From NCBI GenBank assembly GCA_040768745.1, contig JAXGMI010000001.1, positions 1,248,001 through 1,312,000 on the forward strand: a DNA stretch of 64,000 nt, read 5' to 3'. The position numbers and the translations under genes were made by a program. Source of the DNA: Desulfomicrobium sp. (GTDB taxonomy: Bacteria; Desulfobacterota; Desulfovibrionia; Desulfovibrionales; Desulfomicrobiaceae). Each line of letters begins with the position of its first letter. Position 1 is the first letter of the stretch. This document shows positions 18,509 to 28,332 of the stretch, piece after piece. The notes beneath the pieces were generated by a model. The model had not been told where the DNA came from. It worked only from the letters and a program-made list of their open reading frames with translations, and searched no databases.

Positions 18509-19375
18509 ATGCGAAAAATTCTGGCATTGGTGCTTTTCCTGTTGGCATTTCCGGCTCTGGTCTGCGCCCAGGATCAGGTTCTCAAGATGTCCACCACCAC
18601 CAGCACGGAACAGTCTGGCCTGCTGGGGGTCCTGCTGCCCGAGTTCAAGAAGGACACGGGCATAGACGTCAAGGTCCTGGCCAAGGGTACGGGAGCGGCA
18701 ATCAAGGATGGGGAGGACGGCAATGTGGACGTGATCTTCGTGCACGACCCTGCGCGCGAGGAAAAGTTCGTGGCCTCCGGCTTTGGGACCAAGCGCTACT
18801 ACGTCATGTACAATGACTTTCTCATTATCGGCCCGGCCTCTGACCCGGCCAAGGCCAAAGGCAAGGATGGAGCCGCGGCAATGAAGAAGATCGCCGAGTC
18901 CGGCGCGGTGTTCGTGTCCCGCGGCGATGCCAGCGGCACCCATGCCAAGGAGCAGGAACTTTGGAAGGCCACCGGTCTGGCCCTGAAGGAAGAGGAGACG
19001 ATCTTGAAGGATATGACCGTCAAGGCGGTCCACCCCGATCAGATGAAGGGCTATATGTCCATTGGACAGGGCATGGGCAAGACCCTGGTTTTTGCCGAGG
19101 AAAAGCAGGGCTACACCATCACGGACCGTGGCACGTATATCCAATACAAGTATGGCCGTCCGGAGAGCCTGCAGCTTGAGCCCATCTCTGAAGGCGATGT
19201 CAAGCTGTTCAATCCCTACGGGGTCATCCCGGTCAATCCTGCCAAACACCCCCACGTCCGGTTCGACCTGGCTGACAAGTTCGCCCAGTGGCTGGTGTCC
19301 GAACGCGGACAGAAGGTCATCGGTGACTACAAACTTCTTGACAAGCAGCTTTTCTTTCCTGACGCGAAGAAGTGA
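18509..19375 (+). CDS. tupA: Tungstate ABC transporter substrate-binding protein
   Basis: TTTSTEQSGLL signature, GTGAA, FVSRGDASGTH, NPY. Confidence 0.92.
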   Translation: MRKILALVLFLLAFPALVCAQDQVLKMSTTTSTEQSGLLGVLLPEFKKDTGIDVKVLAKGTGAAIKDGEDGNVDVIFVHDPAREEKFVASGFGTKRYYVMYNDFLIIGPASDPAKAKGKDGAAAMKKIAESGAVFVSRGDASGTHAKEQELWKATGLALKEEETILKDMTVKAVHPDQMKGYMSIGQGMGKTLVFAEEKQGYTITDRGTYIQYKYGRPESLQLEPISEGDVKLFNPYGVIPVNPAKHPHVRFDLADKFAQWLVSERGQKVIGDYKLLDKQLFFPDAKK

Positions 19376-19485
19376 TCGGCACGACTGACATGCCGTTGCA
19401 CAGCAAATGATAATCGGCCCGCCACCAGAGCGGGCCGATTATTCCCTGGGGGTTCGACCCGCTTTCTTCCCTGAGGTTTTTTGTC

Positions 19486-20178
19486 ATGTATTTTTTTGAC
19501 AGCTTGTATTCCGCATTGATGCTGCTTGGTCAATTCGACGCCGAACTGCTGTTCATCGTCGGCGTGTCCCTAAACATCAGCTTCTGGTCCACGGTCGCGG
19601 CCTGTCTGGTCGGGATACCAATGGGATTCGTCATCGGCATCAGCAGTTTCCGCGGCAAACAAGCTGCGATCACTTTTTTCAATACCATGCTGGCCCTGCC
19701 CACCGTGGTCATCGGCCTGGTCGTCTATACCCTGCTGTCCCGGCGTGGGGTGTTCGGCTCCCTTGGCTGGCTCTATACCCAGAAAGCCATGATCATCGGC
19801 CAGATCATACTCATCACCCCCATCATCGTGGCCTTCACCATTGCGGCCGTAGGCCGCATCGACGACCGCTACCGGCGCACAGCCCTGGCCCTGGGCGCAT
19901 CATCCTGGCAGGTGGCCATGGTCATCCTGCGCGAGGCCCGCTTCAGCATCATGGCCGCAGTGGTGGCCGCCTTCGGGCGGGTCATTTCCGAGATCGGCAT
20001 CTCCATGATGCTCGGCGGCAACGCCAAGGGATTCACCCGGACCATGACCACGGCCATGGCCCTGGAATACGACAAGGGCGAGTTCGTGCTTTCCCTGGCC
20101 CTGGGCATCGTCCTGCTGGCCATCAGCCTGACCGTGAACACTGCCCTGGGTTATGTGCAGGGGAAGACGTTGCGATGA
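19486..20178 (+). CDS. tupB: Tungstate ABC transporter permease
   Basis: LPTVVIGL, FGRVISEIG..MMLGGN..TRTMTTA. Confidence 0.9.
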   Translation: MYFFDSLYSALMLLGQFDAELLFIVGVSLNISFWSTVAACLVGIPMGFVIGISSFRGKQAAITFFNTMLALPTVVIGLVVYTLLSRRGVFGSLGWLYTQKAMIIGQIILITPIIVAFTIAAVGRIDDRYRRTALALGASSWQVAMVILREARFSIMAAVVAAFGRVISEIGISMMLGGNAKGFTRTMTTAMALEYDKGEFVLSLALGIVLLAISLTVNTALGYVQGKTLR

Positions 20179-21179
20179 ATATCTATACCCTCTCGCAAGT
20201 GTCGGTAACCCATGGCGGCAGGCGGATCCTTGATGTCGATGCTCTTTCCCTGGAGCGGGGTCTGACCTATTCCCTGCAGGGCCCCAACGGGGCTGGAAAA
20301 TCCACTCTGCTCGGGATCCTGTCTTTTTTGAGCCCGCCCCACGATGGCGAGGTCCGTTTCGAGGATACGCCCGTGGTGTGGACCGAAACATACCTCAGGC
20401 CTTTGCGGCGGCAGGTGGGTCTGGTGGATCAGCATCCGGTCATGTTCAGCCGCAGCGTACGGGAAAATGTGGGGTTCGGCCTGAAAATGCGTGGCTACTC
20501 CGGGAAGGAACTGGACGATCGGGTGCTGCGGGCCCTGGACAGGGTCGGTCTGGCCCACATGGCCGATACCTTCGCGCCCCGCCTTTCCGGCGGAGAAACC
20601 CAGCGCGTGGCCATTGCCCGCGCCCTGGCATGCGAGACCAAGATTCTGCTTCTGGACGAGCCAACGGCCAGTGTGGATGCTCAGCATCGATCGGTCATTG
20701 AACAGATCGTTGCCGACCTGCGTGATGCCAGGGAGACGACCATCATCCTCTGCACACACAACCGCTATCAGGCCTGGGCCCTGTGCCCCAATGTCATTTA
20801 TCTTGAGGACGGGCGTTTGGCCACCAGACCCCTGACCAATTCATATGCCTGCGATTTTGTGGAACAGGATGGCCACACCTGGTGCCGGATTACGGATCGG
20901 TTCGGGGTCGCGGCTCCCTTTGCCGCCACAGGGCGTGGCCGGGTGGTCATCGAGCCCGAACGCGTGAAGGTTGCACCGGTCGCCCAGCCAGGTCTGAACA
21001 ATGGTGTTGTCACCCAGGTTCAGCTCGAGGCGGGGATCGTCTCCATGACCGTGGATCTGGGTTTGCCGTTATGCGTGCGCCTGGGGATGAAGGACTTTCA
21101 GAGTCTGAGCGCATGTGTGGGGGAACTGGTCCGGGTCGAAATATCTCCCGAGTCTGTTGATTTCTGCCGGAAATGTTGA
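20175..21179 (+). CDS. tupC: Tungstate ABC transporter ATPase with C-terminal TOBE-like region
   Basis: GPNGAGKS, LSGGETQR, LLLDEPT. Confidence 0.88.
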   Translation: MNIYTLSQVSVTHGGRRILDVDALSLERGLTYSLQGPNGAGKSTLLGILSFLSPPHDGEVRFEDTPVVWTETYLRPLRRQVGLVDQHPVMFSRSVRENVGFGLKMRGYSGKELDDRVLRALDRVGLAHMADTFAPRLSGGETQRVAIARALACETKILLLDEPTASVDAQHRSVIEQIVADLRDARETTIILCTHNRYQAWALCPNVIYLEDGRLATRPLTNSYACDFVEQDGHTWCRITDRFGVAAPFAATGRGRVVIEPERVKVAPVAQPGLNNGVVTQVQLEAGIVSMTVDLGLPLCVRLGMKDFQSLSACVGELVRVEISPESVDFCRKC

Positions 21180-21254
21180 AGGCCCCTTGCCTCCAGTCAG
21201 AACACACACGGGCCTGCTGCCCGTGTCCCGTAGCGCACGCCGGTGGGGACGCAC

Positions 21255-21989
21255 TCAATTTCCGAGGTACATATAATTGTCGATGTCACATCTGAACCTG
21301 TATTTGTCCCCGCGATAGAGAGAATACGCATATTCAACGGCCCTGCCGGCATCGTTGAAAACAACGCTTTCGACCCACAGGCATGCATTCGTGCTGGAAA
21401 TTTTCAGAATCTTCCGGTCAGATTCCTCTGGCAGAATGGCCCCAATTTCCTGACTCGAATGCATCAGTTTCATTCCATACTCTTCCCGGATCACGTTGTA
21501 TAAAATACCGTTGAGATTCTTGTCCAATATGTCAGGAAACAATTCTTCAGGAAGATAGCAATGCTCCAGAACCAGAGGGACATTGTTGGCCAGCATCAGT
21601 CTTTTCAGAAATATGATCTGCTCTCCGGCCTGCAATCCCAATTTCTCTGCGGTCTCTTCACAGGGATCCTGGATCATTGCCTGGATCGTTTTGTATTTCG
21701 GCTCAAGCCCTGCCCTCACAATATCATCGTAGTACGTTGAGATGCCTGCCAGTGATCTGGTCAGCACAGGCGTTTTTTCCGAAAGGAGAAATGTCCCTTT
21801 CCCGCGTGTGCGGATCAGCATGTGGTTGTTGACCAGCTTATCAATGGCCTGCCGAACAGTCATCCTGTGGACATTGAACTTTGCAGCGATCTCTGTTTCA
21901 TTTGGTATTTTGTCTCCAGGAACAAAGACTTTGTTGCTTATCTGCTCTGAAAGCCAGTTGTATATCTTTACGTATTTCGCTTCTGACAT
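21255..21989 (-). CDS. GntR family (HutC/UTRA subfamily) transcriptional regulator
   Basis: PGDKIPNETEIAAKFNVHRMTVRQA..RGKGTF HTH; UTRA-like C-terminus ending YRGDKYRF. Confidence 0.92.
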   Translation of the reverse strand: MSEAKYVKIYNWLSEQISNKVFVPGDKIPNETEIAAKFNVHRMTVRQAIDKLVNNHMLIRTRGKGTFLLSEKTPVLTRSLAGISTYYDDIVRAGLEPKYKTIQAMIQDPCEETAEKLGLQAGEQIIFLKRLMLANNVPLVLEHCYLPEELFPDILDKNLNGILYNVIREEYGMKLMHSSQEIGAILPEESDRKILKISSTNACLWVESVVFNDAGRAVEYAYSLYRGDKYRFRCDIDNYMYLGN

Positions 21990-22196
21990 GAACGGATCCT
22001 TTTCGAGTTTCCAGTGAGTGATTTTGAATTCCGTGATTTTTGTAAAAAATACTCAAGAGAATGAATCAAGATCACATTGATTCATCGGGTGTTCGGACAA
22101 ATCTATGCGGTCGGTCAGCCTGGCGTATCATCCGGTTGTCGTCCAGATCGGGGCGTGGACCGGTGCATGACTAAGTTCTCTCTATACTTTTTGATT

Positions 22197-22212
22197 AAAA
22201 GTCTAGACTTTT
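22197..22212. promoter_or_regulatory. Putative GntR operator (autoregulatory)
   Basis: Perfect 16-bp palindrome AAAAGTCTAGACTTTT upstream of the gntR gene. Confidence 0.7.
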
Positions 22213-22278
22213 CGATGATTTTTATTGCACCTGCAGGATCGGTATGCCGCAGCGGCAGGGGCCAGCGGACTGCGAAAT

Positions 22279-22317
22279 AAGAACACCCCGGCGGGAATTT
22301 CCCGCCGGGGTGTTCTT
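22279..22317 (-). terminator. xsc terminator
   Basis: Perfect 19-1-19 inverted repeat AAGAACACCCCGGCGGGAA-T-TTCCCGCCGGGGTGTTCTT. Confidence 0.85.
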
Positions 22318-22340
22318 GTACCGTATAACAGGCTGCGGAG

Positions 22341-24119
22341 TTAGCAGTTCATTTCGGGACGCATGTCCTCTTTCTTGATGCCGGCAACCACTTCAGGCTT
22401 CTTCATGGCGTCGCGGCGGAAAGGATCGCCCAGTTCCTGATTGAGGATGACCTCAATGAAGGTGGTCTGCTTGTTTTCCATCTGGTCCTTGATGGCCTTG
22501 GTCAGGGCAGCGTTCAACTCCTCGCGAGTTCTGACCTGAACACCCTTCATGCCGCAGGCTTCAGCGATTTTAGCATAGCTGGTATCGCGGTCCTGTTCAG
22601 TGCCGACAAAGTTGTCGTTGAACCAGAGCGTGGAATTACGCTTTTCAGCACCCCACTGGTAGTTTCTGAAGATGACCTGGGTGATGGGCGGCCACCATTC
22701 GCGACCGCAAGTGGTCATCTCGTTCATGGAGATGCCATAGGCACCATCACCGGCAAAGCCGACCACCGGGACGTCCGGGCAGGCGATCTTGGCGCCGATG
22801 ATGGCCGGGAAGCCGTAGCCGCAGGGGCCGAACAAGCCAGGGGCCAAGTACTTACGCCCTTCCTCGAAGGTCGGGTAGGCGTTGCCGATGGCGCAATTGT
22901 TGCCAATGTCGGAGGAGGTGATGGTATTCTTGGGCAGCACCTTCATGATTTCCCGCCAGGCCATTCTTACGGACATCAGGTTCGGGTCCTTGGCGCGGGC
23001 GCGCTGGTTCCAGGTAGTGCCCGGGTCGTCGTTTTCATGATCCATGGTGGCCAATTCAGCAGCCCACTGGGCCTTGGTCTTTTTGATCAGTTCTTCGCGT
23101 TCCTTGCGGCCCGCATCGCCGGCATTGGGGGTCAAGGCAGCGAGAATGCGTTTGGCCACGGGGGCGGCGCCACCCTGGATACCGACGGTGACGGGCTTGG
23201 TCAGGCCGATGCGGTCGGCGTTGATGTCGACCTGGATCAGCTTCACGTTCTTCGGCCAGTAGTCCATGTTGTAGCTGGGCAGGGTCGAGAAGGGGTTGAG
23301 CCGGGTGCCCAGGGCCAGGACCACATCGGCCTTGCTGATCAGTTCCATGGCGGCCTTGGACCCGTTGTAACCCAGGGGGCCCGCAAACAGGGGATGGGAG
23401 CCGGGGAAGGCGTCGTTGTGCTGGTAGTTGCAGCAGACCGGAGCGCTGAGGCGTTCGGCCAGGGCCTTGGATGCATCGATGGCATTGCCGACGATGACAC
23501 CATAGCCGTTGAGGATGACCGGGAACTTGGCGTTGGAAAGCAGTTTTGCGGCTTCGGCAATGGCTTCGTCACCGCCGGAGGGATGTTCGAAACGGACGAT
23601 CTGCGGCAATTCGATATCGACGACCTGGGTGAACATGTCGCGGGGAATGTTGATCTGTGCCGGGGCGGAAAAACGACGGGCTTTTTCGATGACGCGGTTG
23701 AGCACCTCGGCGACGCGGGAGGGATCACGCACTTCTTCCTGGTAGCAGACCATGTCCTGGAACAGGGCCATCTGGGGAATCTCCTGGAATCCACCCTGTC
23801 CGATGGTTTTGTTGGCGCACTGGGGGGTGATCAGCAGCAGGGGGGTGTGGTTCCAGTAAGCGGTTTTGACCGGGGTGACCAGGTTGGTGATGCCAGGGCC
23901 GTTCTGGGCCACGATCATGGACATCTTGCCCGAGGAGCGAGTGTATCCGTCGGCCATCATGCCGGCGTTACATTCGTGGGCGACGTCCCAGAAGGTGATG
24001 CCTGCGCTGGGGAAAAGGTTGGAAATCGGCATGAAGGCGGAGCCGATAATGCCGAAACCGTGCTCGATTCCCTGCATTTGCAGAACTTTGACGAATGCTT
24101 CTTCTGTGGTCATTCTCAT
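22341..24119 (-). CDS. xsc: Sulfoacetaldehyde acetyltransferase (ThDP-dependent)
   Basis: MTTEEAFVKVLQMQGIEHGFGIIGSA, KTAYWNHTP, GDGAYGISMNE, NYQWGAEKRN, PFRRDAMKKP. Confidence 0.95.
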   Translation of the reverse strand: MRMTTEEAFVKVLQMQGIEHGFGIIGSAFMPISNLFPSAGITFWDVAHECNAGMMADGYTRSSGKMSMIVAQNGPGITNLVTPVKTAYWNHTPLLLITPQCANKTIGQGGFQEIPQMALFQDMVCYQEEVRDPSRVAEVLNRVIEKARRFSAPAQINIPRDMFTQVVDIELPQIVRFEHPSGGDEAIAEAAKLLSNAKFPVILNGYGVIVGNAIDASKALAERLSAPVCCNYQHNDAFPGSHPLFAGPLGYNGSKAAMELISKADVVLALGTRLNPFSTLPSYNMDYWPKNVKLIQVDINADRIGLTKPVTVGIQGGAAPVAKRILAALTPNAGDAGRKEREELIKKTKAQWAAELATMDHENDDPGTTWNQRARAKDPNLMSVRMAWREIMKVLPKNTITSSDIGNNCAIGNAYPTFEEGRKYLAPGLFGPCGYGFPAIIGAKIACPDVPVVGFAGDGAYGISMNEMTTCGREWWPPITQVIFRNYQWGAEKRNSTLWFNDNFVGTEQDRDTSYAKIAEACGMKGVQVRTREELNAALTKAIKDQMENKQTTFIEVILNQELGDPFRRDAMKKPEVVAGIKKEDMRPEMNC

Positions 24120-24384
24120 AAAAATACTCCTTGTAATGGCCTCGTTAAGGGTTTGTACCTACGTTGCTCTTCAAGTCTCGAAAGGTTCTCCATCTTGCGT
24201 CCCGATGTGCCGGGCTGGATCATTCCGAAACTTTTAATTCCTGACGGTGTGTCCCGCTGACAAGGCGGTCGTGACAGATTTTCAAAACATCTCTCGTTAC
24301 GATGTGGAAAATCAGTCCATGGATGTGGCGACCCAGGCTTTCCCATCGCGTTATGGATCGGAAATAGCTCGGTCCAGAAAAAAT

Positions 24385-24392
24385 GTCTAGAC
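24385..24392. promoter_or_regulatory. Putative GntR operator on the xsc side
   Basis: AAAT-GTCTAGAC-TAAA. Confidence 0.65.
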
Positions 24393-24617
24393 TAAATTTT
24401 GATTGTCATCGAAAAAAAATCCATATTCCGCGCGAAAGTTGGATGCCCGCATTCCTGTTTCACATAAATTTCAATAAAAATGAATAGAATAGTTCTAGTC
24501 ATAATTTTTGGCTCAAAAATGGGCTCGAAAAAACAAATGGAAAGTAGAAATGTAACATGCTGGAAAACATGGATAAAAAATAACTGCAATCCGGGTGTGA
24601 TTTTTTTCTCAAAAAAT

Positions 24618-24682
24618 GTCTAGATTTTTTTAAAAATCAGCTTGACAGGAAAAGAGCGTGCTCGATAGTACTAGGTCTAGAC
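24618..24682 (+). promoter_or_regulatory. tpa promoter with two flanking putative GntR operators
   Basis: GTCTAGAT (24618-24625), TTGACA -35 (24642-24647), GATAGT/TAGTAC -10-like (about 24664-24671), GTCTAGAC (24675-24682). Confidence 0.65.
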
Positions 24683-24816
24683 AAATGTGGCAACCCGAGG
24701 TTTCTGGTGCAGGCAGGGAAAGCCGAGCCGCCTCTGTCTCAAAACAAATTTCTGCGAGACAGGCAAACGTGGCGAGTGGCAGCGTGTTTCTCACTTTTAA
24801 ATCAAGGAGTAGGGCT

Positions 24817-26196
24817 ATGGGCCAGGGCAAGAATCTTGACGCCTCTAAGTATATCGAAGCCGATAAGGCGCATGTGTGGCATCATCTTTTGCAGCATCAG
24901 GCGATTGCTGCCAAGGGACCGATGATTGTCGTCGAGGGGACGGGCCTCCGGATTAAGGATGTCAATGGCAAGGAGTACCTGGATGCCACCTCTGGCGGGG
25001 TGTGGTGTGTGAATGTGGGCTACGGCCGCGACAGCATCGCCAACGCCGTGTGCGAGCAGTTGAAGAAAATGCCCTACTACGCGGGCACCGCGGGCAACAT
25101 TCCGCATATCGAATATTCCGAGAAGCTGATTGGCTACATGCCCGGGCTGTCCAGGGTCTATCTGTCCAACAGCGGTTCCGAGGCCAACGAGAAGGCCTTC
25201 AAAATGATCCGCTCCCTGGCGCACATCAAAGGGAACCCCGAGAAGAAGAAGATTATTTTCCGCAACCGCGACTATCACGGGACGACCATCGCCGCCCTCA
25301 GCGCCACGGGCCAGCCCGAGCGCAAGGAGTGGTTCGGGCCTTTCGTGCCTGGTTTCGTCGAATTCCCGCATGCATGCTGCTACCGTTGCGCCTTCAACAA
25401 GACCTATCCCGGGTGCAACATCGAATGTGCCAGGGCCCTGGAGACGGTCATTAAAGAGGAAGGTCCGGACACAGTGGGCGGCGTGATCGTGGAGCCCATC
25501 ACCGCCGGTGGCGGCGTCATCCCGCCGGTGCCCGAGTATTATCCCATTCTGCAGGAAATCTGCCGCAAGTACGATGTGCTGCTGATCATGGACGAGGTGG
25601 TCTGCGGAGTTGGCCGTACCGGCAAAATGTTCGGCTACCAGAACTACGACGTCAAGCCCGATATCGTGACCATGGCCAAGGGTGTGGCCAGTGCGTACAT
25701 GCCCATTTCCGTGACGGTGACCACCGAAGAAGTCTTCCGCTCTTTCCTGCATGATCCCGCCGACCCGATGAGCTACTTCAGGGATATCAGCACATTCGGC
25801 GGCTGCGCCGGCGCCTGTACCGCTGCCATCGAGAACCTGAACATCATCGAGCGGGAGAATCTCCTCGAAAACGTGACGAACATGGGACAGTACATGATCG
25901 AAGGCCTGCGCGACCTTCTCGAGCTGCCCAATGTCGGTGACGTACGTGGCCGGGGTCTTTTCTGCGGAGTGGAAATGGTTGTGGACAAAAAGACCAAGCA
26001 GCCAGCCCCCGAAGGGAAGGTGGCCCAGATCGCCGGGGAAATGGCCGCCAATGGCGTCCTGGTCGGGCGGACAAACCGCAGTCTCCCTGGTCTGAACAAC
26101 ACCATCAACCTTGCCCCCGCCTATGTCGCCACCAAGGCAGACATCGACATCATCGTCTCGACGCTGCGCAAGGCAATCACCAAGATTTTTGCATAA
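24817..26196 (+). CDS. tpa: Taurine--pyruvate aminotransferase (class III PLP)
   Basis: YLDATSGGVWCVNVGYGR, EPITAGGG, MDEVVCG, DIVTMAKG, YFRDISTFGGC; context with xsc and ald. Confidence 0.88.
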   Translation: MGQGKNLDASKYIEADKAHVWHHLLQHQAIAAKGPMIVVEGTGLRIKDVNGKEYLDATSGGVWCVNVGYGRDSIANAVCEQLKKMPYYAGTAGNIPHIEYSEKLIGYMPGLSRVYLSNSGSEANEKAFKMIRSLAHIKGNPEKKKIIFRNRDYHGTTIAALSATGQPERKEWFGPFVPGFVEFPHACCYRCAFNKTYPGCNIECARALETVIKEEGPDTVGGVIVEPITAGGGVIPPVPEYYPILQEICRKYDVLLIMDEVVCGVGRTGKMFGYQNYDVKPDIVTMAKGVASAYMPISVTVTTEEVFRSFLHDPADPMSYFRDISTFGGCAGACTAAIENLNIIERENLLENVTNMGQYMIEGLRDLLELPNVGDVRGRGLFCGVEMVVDKKTKQPAPEGKVAQIAGEMAANGVLVGRTNRSLPGLNNTINLAPAYVATKADIDIIVSTLRKAITKIFA

Positions 26197-26260
26197 CATC
26201 GGGCGCTAAAGCGCTGATGTATGTAATTGATACTGTAACTACTCAGTGAGGAAACAAAAA

Positions 26261-27376
26261 ATGATCGTTGGAGTTCTGAAAGAGATCAAGGCACAAGAAA
26301 ACCGCGTCTGCATGACCCCGAGCGGCGTGGAAGTGTTGAAACAGAACGGGCACACCGTTCTGGTGGAAACTGCAGCCGGTGTGGGCAGCAACTTTTCCGA
26401 TGACCAATACAAGGCGGCCGGCGCGACCATCGTCTCCACCCCGGCCGAAGTGTATGCCAAGTCCGACATGGTCATGCACGTCAAGGAGCCGCTGCCTTCC
26501 GAGTACGGCATGGTCCGTCCCGGTCAGATCGTGTTCACCTATTTTCATTTCGCGGCAGACGAAAAGTTGACCCGTGAGTTCATGAAGACCGGCTCCGTCT
26601 CCATCGCCTACGAGACCGTGACCGGCCCGAACGGCATGGGCCTGCCCCTGCTGACTCCCATGAGCGAAGTCGCCGGTCGCATGGCGGCCCAGGAAGCGGC
26701 CAAATACAACGAGCGCGTGCATGGCGGCCGCGGCATCCTGCTCGGCGGTGTGACCGGTGTTGCCCCGGCCACCGTCCTGGTCCTGGGTGGCGGCATCGTC
26801 GGCACCAATGCGGCCTTGATGGCTGCAGGCCTGGGCGCCCGCGTCTTCATCCTGGACATGAACCTGGACCGCCTGCGCTACCTGTCCGAGGTCATGCCCA
26901 AGAACGTCACCCCGCTGATGAGCTCACCGTCCGTGGTACGCGAGCTGTCCAAACAGGCCGACGCCATCATCGGCGCGGTTCTGGTGGTTGGCGCCAAGGC
27001 CCCCAAGCTGGTCACCCGCGCCATGCTGAAGGACATGAAACCCGGTTGCGTGATGGTCGACGTGGCCATTGACCAGGGTGGCTGCTTCGAGACTTCCAAG
27101 CCCACGACCCATTCCGATCCGGTTTACGAGGTTGACGGCATCATCCACTACTGCGTGGCCAACATGCCCGGCGGCGTGCCCAGCACCTCGACCATGGCCC
27201 TGACCAACGCCACCCTGCCCTATGCCGTGCAGATCGCGAACAAGGGCTGGAAGCAGGCCTGCCTGGACAGCCCGGGTCTGAAGAACGGCCTGAACATGGT
27301 CGGCGACAAGATCACCTTCAAGGGTGTGTCCGATGCCTTTGGCCTGCCGTACACCCCTGCTGACAGCGTACTGTAG
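26261..27376 (+). CDS. ald: Alanine dehydrogenase
   Basis: KEIKAQENRV, PMSEVAGR, GGGIVG, DVAIDQGGCFETS, HYCVANMPG. Confidence 0.95.
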   Translation: MIVGVLKEIKAQENRVCMTPSGVEVLKQNGHTVLVETAAGVGSNFSDDQYKAAGATIVSTPAEVYAKSDMVMHVKEPLPSEYGMVRPGQIVFTYFHFAADEKLTREFMKTGSVSIAYETVTGPNGMGLPLLTPMSEVAGRMAAQEAAKYNERVHGGRGILLGGVTGVAPATVLVLGGGIVGTNAALMAAGLGARVFILDMNLDRLRYLSEVMPKNVTPLMSSPSVVRELSKQADAIIGAVLVVGAKAPKLVTRAMLKDMKPGCVMVDVAIDQGGCFETSKPTTHSDPVYEVDGIIHYCVANMPGGVPSTSTMALTNATLPYAVQIANKGWKQACLDSPGLKNGLNMVGDKITFKGVSDAFGLPYTPADSVL

Positions 27377-27459
27377 GATTTCTTACAACAAAGAGCTGGG
27401 AGGGACATCATGAAGTTGCATACGCGCCAAGGATGTCACTCCCCCAGCAGCCAGAATAT

Positions 27460-27503
27460 GGCCCGCTTTCTTTTCGTTACGTAAAGGAGGCGGGCCTTTT
27501 TTT
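27460..27503 (+). terminator. tpa-ald terminator
   Basis: GGCCCGC...GCGGGCC followed by T7. Confidence 0.75.
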
Positions 27504-27783
27504 GGATTTTTGTACTGGTGTATCACTGACAAGATCAATTGTGACACGCAATACTGCTGTTTGAGTAGAGAGGAAAGAAATTCCTCGTTTTGAAAGAATA
27601 CTACTTTTTATGTATTGTTTTTATATTGTTGCGTATTTATTTTTTATGAATACTATTTTCTCCTGTAGTGAATCAATTTTATTTTTATAATTACGATTTA
27701 TATGAACATATTTGCGTATGAGCGCGTCTCCTCCTCAACTCGACGCATGAACAGATATATTCTAACCCAAGACCGGAGGAAAA

Positions 27784-28332
27784 ATGGTTAAAAAATTCTT
27801 CACATCTTTGCTCGACCATTTTGAAAGCTATATTTGCCAAGTACTTCTTGTTTTCTTTGTGGTCATACTGTTTGTTCAGATTGTTCTGCGGGCCATCAAC
27901 ATGTCGTTGTCCTGGACAGAAGAGATCGCACGCTACGCCTTTCTGTGGTTCATCCTGTTTGGCGCCTGCTACGCCACCCGTCTTGCATGCCTGAACCGCG
28001 TCACCATGCAGTTCGCCAAATTTCCCAAATGGGTCACTTCCGCATCTCTTCTTCTCAGCGATTTTGTGTGGTTCTGCTTCTGCCTGGCCATGGCCTGGTA
28101 CGGGTACAAGGCGTACATGGACCTGGTGGAATTCCCCTACCATACCCCGGCCCTGGATTGGGACCTGAGCAGGATTTACCTCGTATTTCCCATCAGCTTT
28201 CTGCTCATGGCCATCCGGATCATCCAGGTCAATGTCATCAAATATGTGCTGAAGGAAGAACTTGTCGACCCGGAACAGGAGGCCCTGAAGGAGAGTCAGA
28301 AAACCCTCATCGCACACGAAGGAGGTGAGTAA
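27784..28332 (+). CDS. TRAP transporter small permease (DctQ; TauL-like by context)
   Basis: 4 TM; SWTEEIARY. Confidence 0.88.
   Translation: MVKKFFTSLLDHFESYICQVLLVFFVVILFVQIVLRAINMSLSWTEEIARYAFLWFILFGACYATRLACLNRVTMQFAKFPKWVTSASLLLSDFVWFCFCLAMAWYGYKAYMDLVEFPYHTPALDWDLSRIYLVFPISFLLMAIRIIQVNVIKYVLKEELVDPEQEALKESQKTLIAHEGGE

Noticed and set aside
24190..24215. GGGACGCAAG on the minus strand in the xsc leader, reminiscent of a c-di-GMP-I riboswitch
   Set aside because: The upstream GGCAAAC/GNRA P2 stem and the tetraloop receptor are not visible.
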